Shown: positions 31,941-42,435, counted from the first letter of the stretch. The stretch: DNA of 64,000 nt from Candidatus Dadabacteria bacterium (GCA_963805855.1 CAWDVW010000006.1:137693-201692); one strand, 5' to 3'. Notes: generated by a model from the letters alone, not told the origin. Numbers and translations: made by a program.

Positions 31941-32382
31941 AATTTATGTCACGCTGGATGGTCGCGACGAGGGCGCCCTCGTCATCCACCAGTTCGACGA
32001 GCTTCGAGGAGCGAATGACCTCACCACCCTGCTCGTGGAGGTACTCGGTCAGAATCGACTCGGTCACCTCCTCTGAGACGCCGATGTTGAACCCGTAACG
32101 ACTGCCGCAAATTGAGAGGTCGATCTCTCCGAGTACTCTGCCCCCGGAGTGAAGTCGGGCCATGCGCTGCTTGACGCCCACAGTCAATAGGGGCTCGGGG
32201 ATGCCCAGCGACTCAAAGACCTCAAGCGAGCGTGGGTGCACCACTGTCGCCCGGTCCCAGTGCAGCGGCGCTGGATGCGCATCGATGATACGACACTCAA
32301 TCCCCCGGCGATGCAGTTCCGCAGCCAGGAGCAGCCCCGTCGGGCCTGCGCCCACCACGAGAACAGTCACATCAGGAACCAT
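31939..32382 (-). pseudogene. N-terminal fragment of an FAD-dependent monooxygenase (high-GC, foreign)
   Basis: GAGPTGL dinucleotide-binding motif; only 147 aa; GC far above surrounding DNA. Confidence 0.65.
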
Positions 32383-32710
32383 GTCGAATCCACTTGAATA
32401 TCATATTCGCATTTCAGGTCCAAAGAAGATGCTTCTCCCGTGCCTTTGTAGGTGTCTCGGTTAATTCAGTGATGAAGTCTCCCATTCTTTGTGGCAAACT
32501 CATTGGTCATTCGAGGTTCATCGAGGAAAACAGCCATCTGCATCTCGCATTTCTTAGCCGAACTCGTAATTATACTGAATAATTCAATATAATCAGCTGT
32601 CAGGGTGATAGTTAAGGATTCTATTTAATTTAAACCTGTTCGATTCATACACCCCATATGCTCTGACTATATATAAATAATAATCTCAAGTCAAAGAATG
32701 CTTCCTCCGT

Positions 32711-32743
32711 TTAAACCAAGCTTAACAAAAGGGGAGCGGTACA
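32711..32743 (+). repeat. Island boundary motif copy 1 (consensus TTCCAACTTAAACCGAGCTTGACAAAAGGGGAGCGGTACA)
   Basis: One of five same-orientation copies. Confidence 0.8.
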
Positions 32744-32898
32744 TGACATTGACCTACATGCACTCATACATTATCATGAGCTACTATGGAACAACGTAAA
32801 CTGAATGATGCAGAAATTGCGCATATGCAAGTGAGGCTTCCAATTGAGCTGTATAAAATAATTAGACAGGTCGCCTTTATTGAGACAGGGAGGATCGA

Positions 32899-33738
32899 AT
32901 GCCTATCTATATGGATCGTCATGACATCAAAGGCACGACTGCAACTGAAGTTGCAGAGGCCCATCAGAAAGATCTTGAAATCCAAGACAAGTACGGTTGC
33001 AAGGCCCTGACATATTGGTTTGATGAAGCAAATGGTACGACTTTTTGTTTAATAGAGGCTCCGAGAAAACAAGCTGTAGAGCAGATGCACCATGAAGCTC
33101 ATGGACATGTTCCCAGCGAAATCATCGAAGTCAACCCTGGGGCCGTGAAGGCGTTCCTTGGAAGAATCGAGGACCCGCCAATGCCAACCAAGTCGCCTGC
33201 GCCTACCAGTAACGTACCAATAATAGACTCTGCCTTTCGCACTATCATGTTCACGGATATGGAGGGTTCCACGACTATAACAACACGCCTCGGGGACTCT
33301 AAAGCCATGGAACTCCTTCGTACTCATGATGCCATTATTCGCGATGTTATAAAGACTCATGATGGCAACGAAGTTAAACACACAGGTGACGGTTTCATGG
33401 TTTCCTTTTGCTCTGTTTCTCGCGCTGTAGAGTGTGCTATGTCTATTCAAAGGGCTGTTGCTTCTTATAATAATAAGGAGCCCATCGCTACTATCCACCT
33501 TCGCATTGGCATCACTGCTGGTGAGCCCGTCACGGGAGGCCAGGATCTATTTGGCTCCACCGTCCAACTCGCTGCTCGCATCTGTGACCATGCTAAACCT
33601 GAACAGATTTTGGTCACACGTGTAATACAAGATCTGTGCATCGGCAAGAAATTGCCATTTTCCGACCAGGGTGAGATACCGCTACGTGGTTTCGATGAGC
33701 CTGTGCGGCTGTATGAGGTTAGATGGCAGGCGGCATAG
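32899..33738 (+). CDS. DUF4242 - class III adenylate/guanylate cyclase fusion protein
   Basis: N-terminal MPIYMDRHD...DKYG..AL.YWFDE (DUF4242-like); C-terminal cyclase catalytic domain FTDMEGST...HTGDGFMVSF...RIGITAGEPV. Confidence 0.8.
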   Translation: MPIYMDRHDIKGTTATEVAEAHQKDLEIQDKYGCKALTYWFDEANGTTFCLIEAPRKQAVEQMHHEAHGHVPSEIIEVNPGAVKAFLGRIEDPPMPTKSPAPTSNVPIIDSAFRTIMFTDMEGSTTITTRLGDSKAMELLRTHDAIIRDVIKTHDGNEVKHTGDGFMVSFCSVSRAVECAMSIQRAVASYNNKEPIATIHLRIGITAGEPVTGGQDLFGSTVQLAARICDHAKPEQILVTRVIQDLCIGKKLPFSDQGEIPLRGFDEPVRLYEVRWQAA

Positions 33739-33821
33739 TATGGAATTATATAAATTTCACAAATGTAATCCACAAATAAACTTAAATGTGCTCTGCTTAA
33801 TTGTAGCCGAGACAAATTCAA

Positions 33822-33935
33822 GAACACTTACCCCGAAAGTTTTTTAGCAAATACTGTGTGTCAAAGAAACTATTACGCCCCCTGGCAGGGGGGGGTAGGG
33901 TCAGCCGGTAGGGTATGGGGGTAGCCTGCCCCCCT
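33822..33935 (+). repeat. Repeat R3 copy 1 (G-tract-rich, about 110 bp)
   Basis: Matches 41440-41545; contains G8 homopolymer and a G4-like run. Confidence 0.8.
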
Positions 33936-34028
33936 ATAATAGGTCCATAGTTTAAGTTAGATTTTTGATAGAGAACCCTATATGTCGGGGATATTCTGAA
34001 TAGCTAGGAAGCACTACATTCTCTATGG

Positions 34029-34067
34029 TTCCAACTTAATCCGAACTTAATAAAGGGAAGCCGTACA
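34029..34067 (+). repeat. Island boundary motif copy 2 (diverged)
   Basis: TTCCAACTTAATCCGAACTTAATAAAGGGAAGCCGTACA. Confidence 0.65.
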
Positions 34068-34130
34068 CTGATTTCTCACTATCTTTGGCTCTAGGAGTCA
34101 ATTTTGGCTTTTTCGTCCTTGTGAAATTAC

Positions 34131-34586
34131 CTACCGAACCCTTACTACAGGAACAGCCCCTAGAACTTGGACATATTTTGTTTGGTAACTCCCTGCTCCC
34201 ATCCCAATAGGCATTCCACCTTTTAGATAGGTGCCCTTGCTGTGAGGAGGAATTGTGATGGGAAGTACCGCAGTGGTACTGCTTACCTGTTGGCCAGCGT
34301 TGTTATATGAGGTGGAGTAGTAGTTGAGTTTTATTTCAATGTCCTTATACGCTATGTCCGCTGTATTCTCAATCGTGACATTACTAATCATAGCTACTCC
34401 ACCCCAGGCAATAAAAAAAGACCAGTCAGTAACTTTAATGTACCACTCAGGATGTTGTTTCATTGAAATCGTAGGTTCCATATCTTGAGCCTTGGCAAAT
34501 GGAGAAAGTAGGACCAGTAGGATAAACAGTTTTGTCGTTATATGGTTCATGTTTGTATTCTGAGAGCTAGAAGTATTAGTTACCAC
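34131..34586 (-). CDS. Small secreted protein, paralog family (member 2)
   Basis: Signal peptide; conserved block shared with 23807-24256; bracketed by motif copies 2 and 3. Confidence 0.55.
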   Translation of the reverse strand: MVTNTSSSQNTNMNHITTKLFILLVLLSPFAKAQDMEPTISMKQHPEWYIKVTDWSFFIAWGGVAMISNVTIENTADIAYKDIEIKLNYYSTSYNNAGQQVSSTTAVLPITIPPHSKGTYLKGGMPIGMGAGSYQTKYVQVLGAVPVVRVR

Positions 34587-34617
34587 TATTATACACTAGG
34601 CTAATCTCCGTCTTTAT

Positions 34618-34656
34618 TCCAGTTTAAACCGAGCTTGACAAAAGGGGAGCGGTACA
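34618..34656 (+). repeat. Island boundary motif copy 3
   Basis: TTCCAGTTTAAACCGAGCTTGACAAAAGGGGAGCGGTACA. Confidence 0.8.
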
Positions 34657-34986
34657 AACTACCCTTTGTACCAATCCATATAGAGACTTTGCAACAACCA
34701 CAATTCCACCTGTCAGAGGGTGTGAGATTCAGTAGCAATCTGTCTATTCCGTAAAGACAATAAAGAATGTCTGCCGGCATTCCACCCGGCTGTTGTGCGA
34801 CGTTCTCTACAGGTAGGATGAGGCAGACTGTTTTCTCATATTAACTCTTCCTCTGTTTTTTTTAATTCAACGGTAAGTGAGCCTATTATTTGGGTTAGCT
34901 CTTGATTCTTTTTACGAAGGCGAATGGCGGATAAGGGAAGTGGTGCGATGTGCGATGATCTGGAGGGAAAAAGAAGGAGGCTGGAT

Positions 34987-35225
34987 CATCAGATAAGCAG
35001 GCTTTTTAGGGCTGAGGGCAAAGTGCCTGCCAAATCACGACCCCTTCGTGCTTGCTCACAGGATAGCGGTTCTCGACCATCTGGCTAAAGGGAGATTCTA
35101 TTGGGGTGTCGGGTCCGGTACCTTTATAGGTGACTTTGAGGCATTCGGGATTGACCCAAAAACAGGAGAGCAAAGGGAATTAACCAGTGACTCACTGGAT
35201 TTTATCCTTAATTTGTGGAAAAACC
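34987..35225 (+). repeat. Left arm of about 240-bp inverted duplication (includes the 5' end of the LLM pseudogene)
   Basis: Reverse complement of 40308-40555 at near identity. Confidence 0.9.
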
Positions 35226-35892
35226 CGAAGCCCGGTTTTTATGGAAACAACAGATGGAAATTTCGGGTACCAGAACCGCAAAATGACGTAGGTCTTGGCG
35301 TAGATATAAGTCCGTATCAGAGACCGCATCCCCCAATAGCCGTGGCGGGGATAACCGAAAGGTCTGAGACGCTGAGAATCGCCGGAGAACAGGGGATGGA
35401 TACCCATGAGCATTAATTTCATACCAAAAAATGTGTTGATGACGCATTGGTCATCGGTCGAAGAAGGAGCCCGAATGTCAGGAAAAAACCCGGATCGCTC
35501 GAAATGGCGGATTGCAAGGGATGTCTATGTCGCCGAGACTACCGAGGACGCCCGTCGGGAGGTAAAGCAGGGAACACTGTCTAGGGATTTTACAGACTAC
35601 TTTTTCAAACTAGTCCCAAGGATTAGGGGCAATTTAAAACACCTTTAAAGTCGATAAATCTATGCCCGATTCGGATGTGACTGCTGACTACATGATCGAT
35701 AATCTTTGGTTAGTCGGAAACCCTGATGATGTTGTCGACCAAATTAAAGAAGTTTATCACCATGTTGGCGGCTTTGGGGTGCTGCTTGTGATGGGACATG
35801 AATGGAAACCCAAAGACAACTGGGTCAGATGCATGAAGCTATTGGTTGAAGAGGTACTGCCGCGCTTGAAAAATTTAGGGAATAACGCTTAA
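35048..35892 (+). pseudogene. Luciferase-like monooxygenase (LLM) family flavin oxidoreductase, disrupted by two frame changes
   Basis: Homology continues through three frames (35048-35416, 35406-35648, 35662-35892); elevated GC. Confidence 0.7.
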
Positions 35893-36256
35893 GGTAGGCT
35901 TCGTCGCCTCCATACTAATCCTCCCAGATCAATGGTGAGCTTCCCTTACGGTGGCAGACGGTACGACGCTCGGATTCCACCTGCATCGATTAATCCGCAT
36001 GCCTAATCATGAACCCCTCCATCAGCGTCTGCAGCATGACGGGTGTCTCCTCCATCGGGTAGTGGCCCGATTCGATCTAGCAAACTCTATGTTGTCATGC
36101 CATTTCGTAAAAGTTGCGCGCTGCGCCTCGATCCGCTCGTTGGGGAGGTCGTATTTTCCGCAGATTACCAGAAATGGCAGAGTGACACAGCCCGCTTCAG
36201 GTGAAAAATCGTGTAGTGTAAACATATCTAGGTAGCCTCGCGCCGCTGCAGCGGTT

Positions 36257-36300
36257 CGGGTCTGGCGCGCGCGGCGCATCTTAAACTTCTTCCACTGTGT
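36257..36300 (+). repeat. 44-bp inverted repeat partner of 40201-40244
   Basis: TCGGGTCTGGCGCGCGCGGCGCATCTTAAACTTCTTCCACTGTGT and its exact reverse complement. Confidence 0.85.
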
Positions 36301-36348
36301 CGAAAGTCGGTTACCCATGGCAAAGTCAGGAGTTCATGGAATTTCTCA

Positions 36349-36771
36349 TCATCGGTGATGGAGTCGATGGCTTTCTGCCGCAACTCTTCGGGCATTTGAA
36401 GCCGGCTGCCGAGACCGCAGCGATAGCAACCACACTCTTGAGCGCTCTGGCACGTCGATTGCCAACCGCTCGACGACCATGCCGGTCATTGAGAAGCCAA
36501 CCAAATGAACACGATTCCAACTAAGGTGATCGATCAGCTCGAGCGTATCAGCGGCAGCCTCGGTTTCGTTGTACTCACCCGTGAGGTGGATGGAACGGCC
36601 GTACCCGCGTACGTCGGTCAGCACATAGGTGAATCGATCTACATCGAGATACTGCATAACCGGCTCCCAACTCGTGCAGTCACCCATCCAATCGTTGTAG
36701 ACAACAACCTTCTCGGTCCATGCCCGAGCAATCTGTGTCCCAAGAGTGCCAATGGTCACGACTCCCGTCAC
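36349..36771 (-). pseudogene. Alpha/beta-hydrolase fragment (high-GC, foreign)
   Basis: HLVGFSMTG nucleophile elbow in a 140-aa truncated ORF; GC-rich. Confidence 0.5.
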
Positions 36772-37331
36772 AATGCTGCAACGCTGAACTATAACGCCAC
36801 CCGCGGATGCCCAGCATCAAATCGCGGGCCCAACATCAATCTCAAATATTTATTCTACTCGTTCCAAATTTAAAACGCACATTACACTGCGCGTCAAAGT
36901 GATTGACAATTTTTGTTACCAAAGATACCAATGATAACTAAGCGATTAATTCATTCTCCCAATGAACTAGGAGAATGGAACCTGATTACCAAAATGTGTC
37001 GTTACAGGTCTAGGAAATTCTTCTTTTGCGGATCAAAAATTAAGATTCGGTCTATTTTGTACAGGGTTAAATTAAGTTTTTATATGATCTATACACTCAG
37101 AACCAAGATGGCCTTCTCACAGTTCGTCTTCTCGTGGTGCTGCGCGTCCCCCCCTAGACCAAAAACGCCCAATATCCCAAGACTGATTTCCCTCGCCATT
37201 GTTCGACCGATTTGTCTGGTGACACTGCTGTTCATGATGGTTTCAAGAGTTCCTTTATCAGCTGATGACCTTGATCTTCCAACCTTCATTTTCCATATCG
37301 CCACGAAGTTGAAAAAATACTTAATAATCAT

Positions 37332-37643
37332 TTGGTAAAAAAGACAAGTTTTTCCAATGAATTGTATCTCTGCGAAAAGTGTTACAGACTTTATGCGAGA
37401 TTCTACGTAAGGATAGATTACGATGAAGATAAGACTTATACGACAGTGTACGTATGTAGCAAGTGTGAAGAGTTACTTAAAAGTATAAGGGAAGAAGAGA
37501 TACCCTTAATACCCTGTGCTAAATGTGGGGAAGAAAGCTCTAGAATACCGCCTGAGTTTGCTATGGGATTAAACTCCGATTTATGGAACGTATGGTACCA
37601 GCCTGTTGTTTGTCCTGCGTCAACTTTTATTAAGGTTACTTAG
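37332..37643 (+). CDS. Zinc-ribbon protein (three CxxC pairs)
   Basis: CEKC...CSKC...CAKC. Confidence 0.45.
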   Translation: MVKKTSFSNELYLCEKCYRLYARFYVRIDYDEDKTYTTVYVCSKCEELLKSIREEEIPLIPCAKCGEESSRIPPEFAMGLNSDLWNVWYQPVVCPASTFIKVT

Positions 37644-37693
37644 AAATGAACAGGGTAAGTCTAATTGATTTTTGAGAGTGGAGAGGTGTTAAT

Positions 37694-38071
37694 GTGAGCA
37701 AAACTGAAACGCCAATGATTAGAAGGTACTGGGAGATGGTTGGTGGTACATTGATTGAAGAATTTCCTGTTGTTAAGGGAACAAGGTACCAAGGAGCGAG
37801 GAGAATAGATGCGATAATAATTAAAAATGGTGAGAGGAGAATAGCAAAATCAAATGAAGTTTCTTTAAAAGGTAAGGATATTATTTGTGTTCAAGCTAAA
37901 AGTCATAGACTTGGTATGTATTTAATGGGACAGACGTTTTTCTCTGAGCAGCTATTAAGGAGATTTGAGCCGAGTAGTGTCTCATGCGTTGCTTTATGTG
38001 CCAAAGACGATGCAGTCCTAAGACCATTAATAGAACAGTATCCACAGATGAAAGTTGTTGTAATTGATTAG
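37694..38071 (+). CDS. Hypothetical protein, possible restriction-endonuclease-like (PD-(D/E)xK / TnsA-like QxK variant) fold
   Basis: RIDAIIIK (Asp strand)...KDIICVQAKSH (D-hhhh-QxK) pattern; speculative. Confidence 0.35.
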   Translation: MSKTETPMIRRYWEMVGGTLIEEFPVVKGTRYQGARRIDAIIIKNGERRIAKSNEVSLKGKDIICVQAKSHRLGMYLMGQTFFSEQLLRRFEPSSVSCVALCAKDDAVLRPLIEQYPQMKVVVID

Positions 38072-38208
38072 AGTTGAAATCTCAGAATATCATAACGAGG
38101 ATGAGTTATTAGCTATGTTAGCACCATGGCTACGATATACTGCTCCCCATTAAGGAGTGAGTGTGATTAAGTGAGAAAATATCTGTAATAGACAATGGGG
38201 GAGCAACC

Positions 38209-38484
38209 ATGAAACGAAGAAGATGGGATTCTAAAGCCAAGACAAAAATAGTACTTGAAGGTCTGTCCGGTAGACCAGTATCAGACATTTGCAACGACTT
38301 CGGAATACATCAGAACCAATACTACACCTGGCGGGACAAGTTTTTATCAGAAGCCCACAGAGCCTTTGAATCCAAAAAAGACGGTGCACAAGTAAATCGC
38401 CTTCGTAAAAAGAATCAAGAGCTAACCCAAATAATAGGCTCACTTACCGTTGAATTAAAAAAAACAGAGGAAGAGTTAATATGA
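38209..38484 (+). CDS. IS3-family transposase OrfA (HTH)
   Basis: Typical IS3 OrfA with leucine-zipper-like C-terminus. Confidence 0.8.
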   Translation: MKRRRWDSKAKTKIVLEGLSGRPVSDICNDFGIHQNQYYTWRDKFLSEAHRAFESKKDGAQVNRLRKKNQELTQIIGSLTVELKKTEEELI

Positions 38485-38642
38485 GAAAACAGTCTGCCTC
38501 TGTATCCTTTAGTAACGAATACTTACTTACACGAATAAAGGATATAAAAGCGGAACATCCTTTCTGAGGTTATAGAAGAGTATGGGCATATCTAAGATAT
38601 ATAGATGGACTAGTAGTTAACAAGAAGCGTGTATACAGGCTT

Positions 38643-39251
38643 ATGAGAGAGAATAACCTTACCGTTAAGCCTAACACAAGACTAATAGCAAAGAGGATAT
38701 CAGGAAGACCAAAGCCAAGACCTGATAGACCCAGACAGTGGTGGGGAGTAGACATGACAAAGGTCATGACTGACAGTGGCCGGGTATATGTAGTAATAGT
38801 ACTGGACTGGTATACGAAGAAGATAGTAGGTTACTACAGTGGAACAAGAGCCACAACCATAGAATGGCTGGAAGCTTTAGAGAAAGGACTAAACCGAGAG
38901 TTCCCCGGAGGGGTGAGAGGACATGAATTAAAGCTCATGAGCGATAATGGGAGTCAGCCTACTTCACTTAGTTTTATGAAAGCATGTTCCAATCTGGAAG
39001 TAGAGCAAGCATTTACCAGTTACAATAACCCGAAGGGTAATGCGGATACGGAGAGAATGATAAGAACGATGAAAGAGGAGCTATTTTGGCTAAGAGAGTG
39101 GAAGAGTGAAAGAGAGCTTAGTCATGAGCTGGATAAATGGATTAAGTATTACAACACAAGCTACCTTCATTCAGCACTTGGATACCGAACACCGATTCAG
39201 TTAGAAGAGGAATATTACAGGAATATCACTTCACATGAAAATGCTGCTTGA
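38643..39251 (+). pseudogene. IS3-family transposase OrfB (integrase core), N-terminal part interrupted by a stop
   Basis: DDE/rve core; upstream in-frame region carries a TGA stop. Confidence 0.75.
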
Positions 39252-39363
39252 GTAATTTACTTCATAGTAATTACAACTTTTCCTTAGAGCCTTGGCTATA
39301 GTATAATAAGGGTGTAATAGATTTCATTTTAAGCCCTGTATTTAGATAGTCAGGGGTAATTAT

Positions 39364-39849
39364 ATGGCTCAACCAACTGACATAGCTCAGAATCATATTG
39401 TAAAAGACCTGATGCTTTATCCTGTTTCCCCCTCAATACTTTATTATGTTGAACTGCCGGGAACCAAGTGCAAGATTATCCAAAACAATGGTAACAAACT
39501 CTACTGCGCAAAATATCCTATGCTTAAAGGACTGTTCAGAAAGGACATGGATGAAACTAAGAAATACGGAAAAATAATCTGCTATAAAGTGGCAGAGAAA
39601 CTGGACAACTTCGGCTTTTTCACCTCCGATGAGCGCCCTGAATATGGAATATCGTACGGTATATCCGAAAAAGAATTCGCGTATATGTTTGAGCTAATCG
39701 GGGCTAAAGAAGGCGAGCACTTAGTTGCAATGTTCGCATATCCGGAAAGAGAGGCACTTGAGTCAAAAATCTTTTTTGAAAAACTGCTTAGAAAGACTTA
39801 CTTCTCCTATATTCTAGATAAAAAAATTTTCAATATGTTTTTTGGTTAA
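39364..39849 (+). CDS. Hypothetical protein
   Basis: Clean ORF, no motif; followed by motif copy 4. Confidence 0.4.
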   Translation: MAQPTDIAQNHIVKDLMLYPVSPSILYYVELPGTKCKIIQNNGNKLYCAKYPMLKGLFRKDMDETKKYGKIICYKVAEKLDNFGFFTSDERPEYGISYGISEKEFAYMFELIGAKEGEHLVAMFAYPEREALESKIFFEKLLRKTYFSYILDKKIFNMFFG

Positions 39850-39945
39850 GTAAACTCTGTTTTCATCCCCGTAGGGCTCCCTCGGCTCTTGCTCATAAAG
39901 CAGCTAATAGTTACAAGGTTAGGTTGGGAATGAACGAATACTATA

Positions 39946-39985
39946 ATCCAACTTAGACCGAGCTTGACAAAAGGGGTGCGGTACA
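39946..39985 (+). repeat. Island boundary motif copy 4
   Basis: ATCCAACTTAGACCGAGCTTGACAAAAGGGGTGCGGTACA. Confidence 0.8.
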
Positions 39986-40200
39986 ACGACCATTTAGACT
40001 TAATACATTATATGACGATTGGGAAAACGCACCATCTTACTCGGGATGACCAATATGGATAACAAAATCGTGCTTGAATGGAGAGGTGCCTTCGACTGGT
40101 TTGGCTCATCCGAGAACGTCACGGCCAGCCCTGACACTATGAACCCCGCTGCTGGGAACCTCTCTCTGTATACACGGAGTTCCTTAAGGGAATGAGCTCG

Positions 40201-40244
40201 ACACAGTGGAAGAAGTTTAAGATGCGCCGCGCGCGCCAGACCCG
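40201..40244 (-). repeat. 44-bp inverted repeat partner of 36257-36300
   Basis: Exact reverse complement. Confidence 0.85.
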
Positions 40245-40307
40245 AGAACCTATGCTGAGAGTAACCTCGCTTCTCTATCCTGTCTTCTTATTGTTATTGG
40301 TTCAGGC

Positions 40308-40555
40308 GGTTTTTCCACAAATTAAGGATAAAATCCAGTGAGTCACTGGTTAATTCCCTTTGCTCTCCTGTTTTTGGGTCAATCCCGAATGCCTCAAAGT
40401 CACCTATAAAGGTACCGGACCGACACCCCAATAGAATCTCCCTTTAGCCAGATGGTCGAGAACCGCTATCCTGTGGGCAAGCCCGAAGGGGTCGTGATTT
40501 GGCAGGCACTTTGCCCTCAGCCCTAAAAAGCCTGCTTATCTGATGAGTGGTTTAA
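40308..40555 (-). repeat. Right arm of about 240-bp inverted duplication
   Basis: Reverse complement of 34987-35225. Confidence 0.9.
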
Positions 40556-40598
40556 TTCCAAATGGATGGCGGGTGTCTTTCCTCAGCAGGCATGGTCC

Positions 40599-40637
40599 GT
40601 CGCGGGTGATGATAATCGCCCGGAAACAAGCCAGGCC
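40599..40637 (+). repeat. 39-bp inverted repeat partner of 41369-41407
   Basis: GTCGCGGGTGATGATAATCGCCCGGAAACAAGCCAGGCC and its reverse complement. Confidence 0.85.
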
Positions 40638-40956
40638 AAGACCCAGGGGCACAAGCTCGCACAAGCCATCATCCCCCCCGTAGAGAAAGCCTTGACCCTG
40701 AAGTTCTGGGCTGCCCTCTTCTCCCTCAGGATTACATCAGCCACAAGCATCTCTCCCGATAGTATGTATACGTCCAGCGCACCCCTCATCGGGCACACGC
40801 CCAGATGGAAAACACAGGCTATGTTAATACTTCACCTCGACGAAGGAGTAACAATAACACCAAACTTTGCGCTATAAGACCTATAATCGGGAATTATAGG
40901 CATGCTCGCAGTCTAATTAATAGTTAGGCACAGAAAAGCGCAGGAACTGTCATCCA

Positions 40957-41283
40957 TTGGTAACAAGCTCTGCATACTTTACCACGAACGACGGGGTGAG
41001 GCTGCATTACCTCGAAGCAGGTCACGGGAGACCACTCGTGCTGCTGCCGGGGTGGACACAGCCGGCCGAGACGTATATCTCGCGGTTCAAATCAGACCCT
41101 TACTCCATTCTTATTGCTGAAATGCTCTTGAGGAAAACTACAGCCTTACAGGTTGAAAGAATATTTCGCTTTACTTCGGGAAAGGGTGACGCTAAAAAAT
41201 TAGCCAGGGAAGGAATAAAACAGGGGTTTACCCATTTTGTTTCTGTCGGGGGGGACGGTACTGCACATGAAGTGGTGAATTGA
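40957..41283 (+). pseudogene. Chimeric fragment: alpha/beta-hydrolase N-terminus joined to a DAG-kinase/YegS-like GGDGT segment
   Basis: High-GC first 45 codons, then AT-rich FVSVGGDGTAHEVVN and stop. Confidence 0.4.
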
Positions 41284-41439
41284 AGGCGACAAAGCCAAAC
41301 TTGATGACCTGGTTTCAACGCTCGAGCCAAGCATTGGGTAGGAATCGGAAAACGAAATACTGGATATTGGCCTGGCTTGTTTCCGGGCGATTATCATCAC
41401 CCGCGACCGTAGAGGCGGCTTCTAAGTGAATTGATGCAT

Positions 41440-41545
41440 AACCTACCCCGAAATTTTTAGCAAATACTGAGTGTCAAAGAAGCTATTACGCACCCTGCCA
41501 GGGGGGGGGTAGGGTCAGCCCGTAGGGTATGGGTACGTAGGCCAG
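41440..41545 (+). repeat. Repeat R3 copy 2
   Basis: Matches 33822-33935. Confidence 0.8.
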
Positions 41546-41779
41546 AGCTTTCATTTTCTTCTCTATAACCCCACAGACAAAAGAAAGCAATAAGGTATAA
41601 CAACCATGATTTCACCTGTCAGAGGGTGTGAGGTGTAGAAACCCACTGTTAGCGGGCATACGCTTTTATGACCAAGAGCCTAGGGAGCCGTGTGACTCCC
41701 TCCGCCTTGGGTTATACGTTTCTCGCTGGTGCAGGTGGGTGCATGCTGGTTTGGGCTACCACTCAGACGACCTGGATTA

Positions 41780-42298
41780 TCACGGCGTGAGCGTAGGTGA
41801 AGGCTCGCAACTGTATGATGCTTGTGCAGGGTCGATTTGGACGATGTTCTTCTGAGCCAGTTCGGTTGTGTACTGCGCTAGTCGGCATAGACACGTCTCA
41901 AATTGGGCTTCAGAAGTGCCGTTTGATTCGGGTTGGACGTCGCAGAACGGTGGTGCATTCCCGAGCGTGAAGGCTACGGAGCACCCTAGGCTGCTGCCAT
42001 CGCGTATCGCGGTATTGGCGAACCTGTTCCCGTCGCCCACTGGCTGGGATAATGCACAACCATCAGATGGTAGCGAGTCGCATTGGGATGATGTGCAGTT
42101 GTCGAAGTCGATATTCTCGCAACTGCAAAATACGCCTCCCCAGCAATCTGTGGTCATGGGTACCTTGAAGTAGTCGCATGGGCACTCTGCTACTGCAGCG
42201 AGCTCGGCACATGGGTCGCCGCCACCGCCATCACCATCACATCCAATGCCTACAGCTAGCAGAAATAGTAACGCTAAGAATATCTTATGAGGCTTCAT
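41780..42298 (-). CDS. Cys-rich lipoprotein (high-GC), function unknown
   Basis: Signal peptide plus LAVGIGC lipobox; about 20 Cys. Confidence 0.5.
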   Translation of the reverse strand: MKPHKIFLALLFLLAVGIGCDGDGGGGDPCAELAAVAECPCDYFKVPMTTDCWGGVFCSCENIDFDNCTSSQCDSLPSDGCALSQPVGDGNRFANTAIRDGSSLGCSVAFTLGNAPPFCDVQPESNGTSEAQFETCLCRLAQYTTELAQKNIVQIDPAQASYSCEPSPTLTP

Positions 42299-42395
42299 AA
42301 TATCCCCCCCCCTTACGATTTTATTTGAGTAATACGCCTGACAGCACTTGGCAACTTTATCATATGTTTGATGCGAAATGCAAGGATATTATGAT

Positions 42396-42430
42396 TCCAA
42401 CTTAAACCGCCGTTGACAAAAGGGGAGCAG
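42396..42430 (+). repeat. Island boundary motif copy 5, abutting the truncated integrase
   Basis: TTCCAACTTAAACCGCCGTTGACAAAAGGGGAGCAG. Confidence 0.75.
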
Positions 42431-42435
42431 GATAG

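Larger units (their letters stand above)
38150..39300 (+). mobile_element. IS3-family insertion sequence (degenerate copy)
   Basis: orfA HTH plus A8 slippery run at about 38455-38465 plus orfB DDE/rve core; in-frame TGA in the orfB linker (HPF*GYRR at about 38565). Confidence 0.8.

Noticed and set aside
38560-38570. Possible TGA-recoding (genetic code 4 or 25) suggested by the in-frame TGA in IS3 orfB
   Set aside because: Many well-conserved host genes in the window terminate at TGA at the expected position (def, secG, nth and others), so TGA functions as a stop codon here. The IS copy is simply mutated.
40566-40877. ORFs 40566-40877 (+) and 40583-40798 (-) in high-GC DNA
   Set aside because: They are mutually overlapping on opposite strands inside rearranged foreign debris between inverted repeats, with no recognisable domain.
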